Shown here: in pieces, positions 51,742-61,972 of the stretch
Position numbering within the stretch: position 1 is the first letter of the stretch
Layout of the letters: every line of letters begins with the position of its first letter
DNA from: Geosiphon pyriformis uo1
Taxonomy: Eukaryota; Fungi; Glomeromycota
Direction of reading: 5' to 3'
DNA: 64,000 bases
Assembly: GCA_016748015.1 (NCBI GenBank)
Contig: JAAOMT010000608.1
Coordinates: 186,001-250,000 of the forward strand
Notes under the pieces: generated by a model
The model's input: only the letters and a program-made list of their open reading frames with translations
What the model was told of the DNA's origin: nothing
The model's database searches: none
Made by a program: the position numbers and the translations under genes

Positions 51742-53328
51742 TCACTGATGATCACATCGCATCAAAACTCCATAATAAGGTCCAGAATGATCTTTTGGAG
51801 TTTTTTTGGTACTTCGATTAATGCATTCCTTGGATTCAAAAGAAAATTTTAAAATATTTAGTTTCAAATAGAACAAATATTTTATGGTATAATTAAAAAA
51901 AACAAAAAAAACAAAAAAAAACTACTCGATTAACTTACCAAATTTTCCCTCGAAAATGCTCCTTGGTCAGTGGCACAGAACACACCATAAGCTCCAGGCT
52001 TTTCAATCCAAACTTCAACCCCACTGTGAACATATTTTTCATTTGCATCTTTTACAGGAAGACGTGGAATTGGATCATTGATATATGTGAATCTTAAAAT
52101 ACGTCCAGCGGAAAAAAGGGCTTTACTAAAAGCTTCATTGCCAATACGAGGTGCACCAAAAGCATACACGGTAATTCGTATGTTGCTGTTCACATGATTT
52201 ATTGATAATGCTGCTAATTGAGCATATACTGATAATAGATTTTCAAATTCTCAAATTAAATTGAATAGTCAAATTTTGTTAGTGAACGAAAAAGTCTAAA
52301 AAAATAATTGAAAAGTCATACCTCCACCTAAACTATATCCCGATATTGTAATTTCATATTCATATTTCTCAGTAACTTTTATCCTTTCGAAATTATTACG
52401 GTGCTTTGACCACCACTTTTCAAAGAGCGTATACCAGCCTTTGTGAACCTTAGCCCCTGGTAGACCTGGGTAATTAATCATCGTGGAATCTTGAATATCC
52501 TTTGAAAGATTTTCTTCATTCCCACTAAAGACAAAATAACCACCCAAAGGATCCGCGTCTCCTCCTGTGATTTTAGTAAAAAGTTTATATTTTGACTGGA
52601 ATTAGTGTGAAAATAAGTCTATAGCATTAATTAACAGATTGATAGGATAAAAAAGATTTCACACCTAATACATAATCATCCGTCTGAGATCTGACACAAT
52701 AAAAAGCTTTTGCATGTTTCGCCATCTGTGCAAAAAATTCTACTTGTCCTTTCGTTATAGAAATAAAGTTTGAACTTTTTTTTTCTGCCGCAGCTAACAA
52801 GGAGTTAGCTGATACGATTTTAGCGATAGTAGGTTCCATTTTTTGAGGTAAAATACTTAATGGTGTCTCATGAATGAGGAAATTCTCCGAATTTTGACTA
52901 TCTTCTAATTGAGGGATAGAAATAATATTGAGCTGCTCAGTTGTAAAACTATCCGAGACATCTTCAAATGAGGTTTTCAAATTTGAAAAATCAATATCTG
53001 TATTAGTCTGTCCTGCTAGATTTTCACCGGGAAAGTCTAAAGTTAGATCTTTGGAATAAGAAAATGGTAAAGTGTTATCAGCTTCAAGATATTTGAATTG
53101 AAATTGTGGAAAGTTTTTATTATATTTTGAAGAAAATTGTGAAATATCGGGATTAAGGTAGGGTAATAAATTACGCTTATAGGTGATTGAATCTTGAATG
53201 AGAGGATTTAAAGGCTTCTGATTTTGGCTAATTCCAAAAATTGGGGTTGCGTAAACTTTGAAGCAAAAAAATTTCACAATTAAATATGACAAGAAAAAGC
53301 TTCTCATCATCATCATCATCATCATCAT
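51742..53328 (-). CDS. Secreted class 3 lipase-like protein L10, Ser retained (GYSLGG), ~427 aa
   Basis: Exons 53328-52665, 52564-52322, 52228-51939, 51828-51742. An alternative in-frame intron-1 donor/acceptor pair is also possible. The start lies in an (ATG)8 run. Motifs HAKAFYC, FVFSGN, KVHKGW, ISGYSLGG, AFGAPRIGN, YINDPIPRLP, DHSGPYYG. Confidence 0.9.
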
Positions 53329-55273
53329 TATTATTATTATTATAATTATTTTCTTTTAACCAAGAAATGGTTTAGTAACTTTGTTTTTTTAATAGATATT
53401 TGATTTTCCACATGATTTAAAAATTCTTCAATCATTTGCCACAACAAACCGGAAGTCTTAAATCATAATATTATTCAACAAATGATATTGCAAAATTCTG
53501 TTGATCATGATGATTACATTTTTTTATTTTTCCGACAAGCTTTAAATTTAAAAATTAACTATTTTTCAAATAAAAGAGTATTTCATTAAAGAAGAAGAAT
53601 TAATTTCGATAAAATTTAACAGTTTTTTTTTTTCAATATTTAACTTATTTTGAATTAATCTTTTAAATACAAATGTATATCTATTAAAACAAAAATCAAA
53701 TTTTCCTTTTGATAATATATATTATGTAATATTCTGGAATTATATAAATTAATTTATTAACAGATTATCAGAAATTTATTATTTTATCATATTTATTATA
53801 CAAGTTTCTATTTTTCTTTAATATGAAGCAAAATAATTTATTATTTTAAAATGTGAATGGTATTTTAATGTTAAGTAAGATGTATGCAACCACCATTTAT
53901 CACCAAAATTTTCCAAAAATTCATTTTATAAATAAGAATAATTTTTATTAAAGACATAATTTTTTTCAAAAAAGTACAATAAAATAAATTGAATAAAAAT
54001 TTTATTTTATTTTCTTGAATTTATGTCATTTAAAAGTTCTAAAATCTAGGTATTTAAATTTTTCAAGTTTTAAGTTATCAATATAGCCTTTTAAAACTCA
54101 TCTTTTATGTGATTAGTGTAAAAGAAAAATTATTTCAAATAAATAAAATATATTATTATTATTATTATTATTATAATTTTAAAATTAATCTTGTGTCTGG
54201 CAGCTATAAAAAATAGCCATCTTAACTTGTAGCTAAATCTGATTATGATATTTATTTATATTCACGTATTTTGGTAAACTTTCATTAAATCGATTAAAAA
54301 ACTTTACGAATTTTTAAGTAATTTTTGTTTACTTTTTTCCCTTTAATTACTTTGATTGTTTTTTCTATAAATATCTCAATTTAACTGACGCTAGGTTTGA
54401 ATTAACTATCAATTTTCCGAGTGTTAATATCATCGGACTCATTCCTGTAAATCATATTTAAACTTAATAAATAAGTCAGAGTAATTTCGTTACATATGGA
54501 ATTCTAACCCAAATTTAATTGAGGGATTATTATTAAATTTTTTGAAGCCATGCTCGAAAGCCTAACTTTCCATATTCACCAATTGAGTTTAATAATAATT
54601 AGATATTTTGACATTTTGATCAGAATTTCATTGGGAACACTTATAGATTGATCTCGCATTTATCACAATTGAGGTTTTTTTAGTTGCAAAGATTTGGTGT
54701 GAAAAAAGTATGTACGCTTAATTTTCAAAGTTTTAGGATTATAAAATGAGGTTGTGTGAAACGTGAAAACTATCCAAATTTAATCTTTAAAAATCTTTAA
54801 AAATTTTTTGTTGAACCAATTATCATTTAAAATTTTTATATATTAATTTCAAAAAATCTTCTTGGACTCATGACTAACGTTCAAATATATTTAATTTTTG
54901 AAATTCAATCGAAAATTTTGCAGCCCAAATAAATTTTGAATTTTCAAAAAGGTTGTCTATTAACAAGAAAATTTCAAAGAAAATATTTGGATTTAGATAG
55001 TCTTAGTAATTTTAAATAATTCCCTTATTTGGTATCAACTAAATTTTAAGAATTCAAATCAAAAATTCAATCACTTTTTATCAATATATAATTTTAACTC
55101 TTTATCAAACTCTCAGATTATCTTATTGTAAATTTTGCAGCTTCATTGAGATCTTAAAATGATCTTGAGAAATTAATTTTTCTGTTTTTAAGTTTCACTT
55201 GAGATTTCAACGATATAAAAAAGGTCTCATATCCTTTCAATTTTGTCATAAAAGTCACATAATAAAATTAATA

Positions 55274-56739
55274 ATGTCTTCCACTAATCAAATAAAGATT
55301 GGTCCAATTTTAAAGATTTTTACAATAATCATTTTATTTTTTATAGTTGTCTTGTTTCTTGACCAATTTTTTCAACACATCAAAATTCCTGATTATCAAC
55401 CAGAGGTCTTTAAAAAGAATCCACACTACAGAGAAAAACGAACACTTCCTGTTAGACCTGATGTGGAAGAAGCTTTCAAGTATTGGGTTAAATATGCAAA
55501 GTAAGAGGACGTTTCATTTTAAAAAGTTTTATCACATAAAAAAGCAAAAAGTTTTGAATCAAATTTCTGAATTTTTCAAATTAGCGCGGCGTATTGTAAT
55601 GTAACGAATTGGAAATGTGGTCAAGCGTGTCGTGGAATTACTAGAGATACAAAATTATTGCATTGGTTTCATGAGACGTCTAATAAAGCATATGGTGAGT
55701 TAACTTAACCCTACTTTTGACTTCAAAATTATTATTTTCAAGAGAAATATCATATTACTCATTTGTTAGCTTTTTTAAAGTCGCTGTTAATGATGAAAAA
55801 AAGGCTGTAATTATGTCCTTTAAAGGTTTTGAACTCGAAATTTATTGTTTTTAGTAAAAATCAACTATATATTTGATTAACTATTGTGTTTCTCGAAAGG
55901 AACTTCGGATATCCCATCCGTAATTACAGATTCTAAGGCTAGGTTGTTGAATTATCCTGGAGTTCAAAATGCAAAGGTGCATAGTGGGTAAGTGACAAAA
56001 AAAATTTACTCACTTATCTAAAACTTTTTATTTGAACTTGAAACAAAAAAAATTATTCTTTTCTACAATAAATTTCAAGGTTTTGGGCTACATACCTTGG
56101 GACACGTAATGAAACAGTTGGATTTATTCAAAAAATATTTCCACAATATCGCAATTACACATTTATTTTAACAGGTCATAGTCTTGGAGGAGGTGAGATA
56201 ATTTATAATTCAAAATCTTTGTTTCCTACTTTTTCTTATATTGAAACTTTTATAAATTTTGATTTTATTAGCAATTGCGATTTTACAATTACTTGACTTG
56301 GTGAATCTTCGTGTGTTCACCCCCAGAAACTTGATAACTTTTACTTATGGACAACCACGGGTTGGAAATGGCGCTTTTGCGAATTATGTCGATTCAATAA
56401 ATTTTCCAATTTTCAGAATTGTCAACAAAAATGATATCGTTCCACATCTTCCACCGTGGACACCAGTTGTCGGATATCGTCATCATTCTCCGGAATTTTG
56501 GATTCAATTGTAAGAATAATTTTTTTATCACTGATCCAGTCTCTTTTGAATTTATTTATTTATTTATTTATTTATTAAATCCATGCAATTTGAACAGTAA
56601 CAACACGATGATAGAGTGCACAGGACCAGAAGACTGGCAATGCAGTAAATCACTTTCTCCCAATTTCGATCCCTTTGCACACATGAATTATTTCCACACT
56701 GATTTTCTTATTACTTGTTTGGCTCATGAGCGTCATTAG
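55274..56739 (+). CDS. Canonical class 3 triacylglycerol lipase L11 (Rhizomucor/Rhizopus type, GHSLGG), 320 aa
   Basis: Seven exons: 55274-55500, 55585-55694, 55781-55825, 55900-55987, 56080-56192, 56272-56509, 56598-56739 (963 nt). Full motif set YANAAYC..WKC..C, SFKGTSD, KVHSGF, TGHSLGGA, TYGQPRVGN, NKNDIVPHLPP, YRHHSPEFWI, ED..CS, AHMNYF. N-terminal hydrophobic segment and KR site. Confidence 0.95.
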
Positions 56740-57538
56740 TTTAAAGCTCTTAAATATTCATGCAATTTTCACCAACATTCTTGGCGTTTACAGGGACTAG
56801 CATTCTTATTCAACTTTGAAATTATCGTCGATTTCGCAAAAGAGTTTGGTTAAAATTCATGATATATGCTAATTATAAACTAGACTCAAATTTCTGTATG
56901 ACTAAACTAAAAATGCTGTATTAATAGATAAATTTTAAAATAATAATGATATAAAAAGTATGTGAATAAATATTGTTCATAATTTTAATTTATAAACTTT
57001 TGATGATTAAACAAATTTATATTAATGATTTTATTTTAAATTGAAAAGAAATTTCAGCTAAATGAGTTGTTTTGTTATTTTTAATTAATCTTTCTGAGCT
57101 TTGATTTTTACTTTAATATTATTGTAGTTTCAATATATCAAAATTCAAAGAAATAACTAGTCAAAAAATTTTTATAATTAAACAAAAATGATACTTTTAA
57201 AATAAACTAGATTTATCAAAGTCAAAAAAATGAAATTTTTTTGAAATTTCATATTCTGCTAAAATTCTCACCTTTGGTTTTCTAATTTGTTCAAACTCGA
57301 ATATTTCATGTGTGACAGAGTGGTTTGAACCTTTTTCGTAAAATTATACCGGAAAAATTTTTTTTGCATTTCAGCAAAGTTCACTTGTCGTTAAGAGAAT
57401 TGAAATTCGGTTAACTAGCTCAAAACTATCAGAATCATTTCAATTACTTTATCATTGATACATATTACTTGGATTGAATAAGAAATTGTATTATACGCAA
57501 TATCAAAACGAAATATATCTATTTTTTGCAATTTCACC

Positions 57539-58364
57539 TTATTTTGAATAATTTAAAAAATGCCTAGCATTATTGTTCAACCTTGAGAAAGTTGGATTAA
57601 ACTTTAAAATTTTGCGGAAATTTAAAAAGAAAGGATGAAAAGGTGAATCATCTTTTTCATATTTCACATTTGTGATTTCTTGTTCTTTTTGTTTATCGAC
57701 CATGTAGTCAAGTCGGTCCAAGGCTCTACGATTATCCAATCTAAATTTTCTTCCTTTACCATTAGGGTCAATATCAAGAGCATATCCATCTCCTGCCACG
57801 CAAACTGCAAGGTTATTATAAAGATTATTAATCAAATAAGTCTACATAATAAAACTAGGGAAAAACTTTTCTTGTGAACGATAAGGCCAATGATCAAATA
57901 TTTTCCCTCAGTATTGCTTTTTACATGGCATGTGGCTCACCTATTTTTCCCATGAAAATTATTCTCCAAACTATTGAATTATTTGGGCATTCTTTAAAAA
58001 TAATACCACGCCAGGAATGGTTTCGAATCTTGAAGGAATCACGGCCAATATTGTGTTCAATATCATATTTGTGACGCCTAATCATTTCATTCATAACTCT
58101 TTGTTCATTCACGTACATTCCTACATCGAAACCTTCTGGTATAAGGGTTGGCAGTTGGGGTTTTATGTATAGTAGTCCGTAGATATTTTTTCCTGCGAGA
58201 TTTCGAGGAAAAGGTCGTATTGAAGAAAATTTGCGAATAGTGTGATTTATATCAAAATATTGTATGGTTGTCGGTTTTATTTTTTGTACTTGCTTAGTTA
58301 GAAATGGTTGGCTGGCACTTTTTATATGAAACTTGTTTTGTTTTAAAACCTCTTGGATTACCAT
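57539..58364 (-). CDS. Hypothetical protein, two exons, 229 aa
   Basis: Exon 1 58364-57941 (donor G|GTGAGC) and exon 2 57804-57539 (acceptor TTGCAG) join in frame (690 nt): ...WRIIFMGKI|VCVAGDGYALDIDPNGKGRKF... The N-terminus is basic with IRKFSS, a possible mitochondrial presequence. No family recognised. Confidence 0.7.
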
Positions 58365-58646
58365 GTTCGAAAGAAAATTTGACAGAAAATTTATTATCTG
58401 CTGTCACAAGAAATTTTTGATCATAAAAATCTTTTTTTGTCCTACGATGATTTCTGACTGTGATAAATTTTGTGATCAATACAGACAATAGACCAGTCCA
58501 GGACCCAAGTACATGTGTAATAGATCGTTTTTAGCCAATAGATACACGTGGGAGACATCCCGAACGGACTCATAAAAGATTGAGTCAAGACGTAATGTGA
58601 TGGAGGGACGATCATTAAAACTTCACCATTTGATGCACAACACCAA

Positions 58647-60212
58647 TCAAATTCTGCCCTTTTGAGGAGCACTTAACTCTTTCTCACAACTAGCCATTGA
58701 TATTCCAAAATATGGCCCGAAATGATGCTCAAGAATTTTTATAGGATTCTTATTGATGCATTCCTAAAAAATGACATTCATCAATAAATTAATTGCGACT
58801 TTTAGATTGATGGAAAAGTTAAATCATTTAAGTATTCTACCTGATTTTCACTTTCTACATCTGCCTTCAATGGATCCTTTACAGGTTGACAAATTAAAAA
58901 TTTTCCATTCTGTCCACTGTTCCATATCTCAGTTCCAGCATGTAGATAAGGATCATATCCCGGGCCGATTGGAAGTCTGGGAATAGGATCATTCTGATTT
59001 GTAAAGCGGGTCACAGTGGCAATCGAGCTCAGATGTTTTGCAAATGCTGCATTACCAATTCGTGGTTTACCGAATGAGAACACAGCTATGATTAAAGGCC
59101 TTTTAAGTCTTTTATGGAGCGAAATTGCAGCGAATTCTGCTGCAACTATTGATTAAAAAATGTTTGAGCTTTGTTTTATTCGACCAAATTTATCAAATAA
59201 ACAAACAGATTAATAGAAATTCAAACAGACTAACCACCACCAAATCCATAACCATAAAATTGAACCGTATTCCATGACGGATGGTTATCAATTTGATTCA
59301 ACAAATCAGGGAGTCCATACGTTTCCCATTCAATATAATGCTCATACAATACTTGGTGTACTTTTGCACCATTTACCCCAGGAAAATCTATCCTTCCTGA
59401 ATTTTCCAAAGTCATAAATTCTTTCAAGTTTTCTTCATTTGCTCCGAAACCAACCAGGGCTAATGTATCTGCGGCGTCAGGTAATCCTGCTTTAACGGTC
59501 AAGTAATTTGAATAAAAATTTATCTCAACAAAATCATGCAAGAACCTAATTATGAATTCAAAGTAATCATGAAATACTTACGGTTAGCAAAAAGGAGTCT
59601 GCTGAAAATATACTCAGATGGACTTTTCATACTTTTGCGAATACAGTAGATTTTTTTGGCAGCTTTTGCATATTCTTTGATATATTTTGCTAAAATTTGT
59701 CCTGTAGTTGGATCAAATTCTTTTCCATTGCCCTTGTTATTGTTGAAAACATTATCTGAATATGTATTAAAACCGGGAAGATATCCTTCATCAACAATTT
59801 GGTCGGCGTTACTAAAATCCCAATTTATTGGAAAGGAACCATTTTGATCTTGGATATCATGAAAGTTGTCTGGAAAGGCAGAATCAATTTCCGTCGGATT
59901 ACTGGCGACTACTTCTCCCTTTGGGTTAAAGATCGCAGTCTCACTAATATCCGGTTGATTATTCATTAAATTAGCTTCTTGATCATTCAAAGATGTAAAA
60001 AAAAGATTTAATTTGGTCTCTTGATTAGGGTGGTATAAATTGAGTCCACTTTTAAACCTTAGTACATCATAAAGCTGAGAGTCATATGTATCTGGCCAGT
60101 TTGAATATTCCAAGATAGGTATTGCTTGAACCAGTAAAAGAAAACAATTTGGATAGAAAATCACGAGGCATATTATCGTATTGGAAATCAAGTTAAAAAT
60201 TAATATCGCCAT
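58647..60212 (-). CDS. Secreted class 3 lipase-like protein L12, catalytic Ser replaced (GYGFGG), 435 aa
   Basis: Exons 60212-59582, 59489-59235, 59145-58841, 58763-58647 (1308 nt). Signal peptide plus acidic pro-region. Motifs AAKKIYC, VGFGAN, KVHQVL, FYGYGFGG, SFGKPRIGN, NQNDPIPRLP, HHFGPYFG. Confidence 0.92.
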
Positions 60213-60714
60213 GAAAAATTTTCACTTAAATATATAAGAAAGCTATTAAAGAAATTAGCAGTTGAAACATTATTTTTAAACATTTCTGATAGATTTCTAG
60301 ATAACGAGAGTCAATTCGTAAGTAAATATTTTGATTATTTTTTGATTGGCAAATTTTCTGCCTCATTAGCTAAATTTCTAAATATTTTTAAATAGTTTCG
60401 GAAACGAAAGTTTTAATATTTTTGGACAAAAGCCTATCTTTCTAATTTGAAATGAGGCATAATCAAGTATTCATATTAAAATAATCTTTATGCTCCGGTT
60501 GTTAAGAAAATTTTAATAAGTAAAATATATTATCTTTTAATTTTTAATGAAAGTAATATCTCATATAAATTCACGAATCCGCGATTAAAAGCTGGGAATA
60601 AAATTTTGATTCAATTATGAAAAAAATAAATAAAGATTTGTTAAAAATGTATTTATTAAGAATGAAATTGATGATCAAGGAAAATTTTATCAAATTAACT
60701 TTCTACATTATACA

Positions 60715-61972
60715 TTAATCCCGGCTCGCATCTTTGATTGGTTGTGCCCAAACTCGCCGAAAAATCATGTAGCTGTGATATTTGTCCAATTCTTCAATAA
60801 TATCTTGAAAAAAGTTTTCATACTCCTCATTTGTCATGTTTAAGGCAGGCATTAAAAATCCTTTTATCGATTGTCCGTTACGTCGAACATCTCTGGCACA
60901 AGCTTCACCTAATTTTCCACCCCAAAGGCCAGCGGGGCAATTTTGTTCCTTTATCTCAATTTTCCAGAAAAGTTCCGTTTCTCCGAGCCAGCTTGGTATC
61001 CGGTTCATAAACTTTTTTTCGAATCCTTTTGTCGGTAGAAATTGTTGCACTTAAATAAAAAAATATAAATTTTGACATTATTTCTCAAATTATAAATTGA
61101 TTTCGAAATATTAAATGAAAACTTTAAAATAATCCTTCTACCAGCTTCTACACCAATGGTCATGAGAGGTCCTTGATTCTGAAAGGTTGCTGGATAACCA
61201 GCAAGCTCGATGAATCCATTTTCCCTCGTTATTCTTGCTACTTCTTTGAAGATAAATCGATTCCATTCATCAATAGTAAAAGTTGTTCCAAGATTTCTCA
61301 AAAATATGTAATCAAAACTATTATCCTCAAACGGAATTGTTTCATACAGGCCGGCTTGAAAAAATGTTACGTTTGGTGGTTTGATTTGTTCGGGATAATT
61401 TTTCAGAATGTCGATCCCCACAAAAAAAGAATTTGGATATTCATTTGCCATCTCTAATGTCCAAGTACCTTCTCCACAACTTCAAATGGACATAATATCA
61501 GAAAAAGATTAACGAGAAATTTGGATAATGATAAAATTAACATACCATAAATCGAGTACTTTGATTCCTTTTTTTAGTCTCTCTTCGATCGGGGCGGAAA
61601 AGTTTGACTGGAAAACAAGTCTATGCAAGTAATGGAGGTCAATCATACCGTCTTGTTCTTGTAAATCATTCTATTATTTTGAAATTGTAATTGTGTTAAC
61701 ATAAAAAGTGATTAGATTTGATTTTACTTTAGTGAGAAACTTGCCTTATACAAATAGTTTGTATTCTCAGGATTTGAAAATTTTCTTTTTCCAATCAGTA
61801 GGGTATCAAGATTCGATGAATTGTTGATTACTTTTAAATGATTAACTTTTTGGAAAGGGAGATTGTAAAAAGATTATTTGATTTCAGGTGAACTCTACCT
61901 CAAGATTTAAAAAGTTTTCTAATTATTACCACTATTTCGTTTCGTTCGGATCTTTGTCATCTGGGCACCCAT
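60715..61972 (-). CDS. Class I SAM-dependent methyltransferase (LaeA-like fungal family), multi-exon
   Basis: MGAQMT N-myristoylation-type start at 61972. Motifs NFSAPIEERLKKGIKVLDLCCGEGTWTLEMANEYPNSFFVGIDI, PPNVTF, IPFEDNSFDYIFLR, EVARITRENGFIEL, WGGKLG, RVWAQ. One intron appears to use a GC donor at 61744. Confidence 0.92.

Noticed and set aside
58294-58672. ORFs 58442-58672 and 58294-58488 as extra genes or a C-terminal extension of L12
   Set aside because: Non-ATG starts, different frames, stops in the L12 frame and no motifs. Treated as UTR or intergenic DNA.
10497-59247. RNA editing or sequencing error as the explanation for the Gly nucleophile codons
   Set aside because: Eight separate genes are affected. 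Most use GGA, which is two changes from a Ser codon, and A-to-I editing works in the opposite direction.
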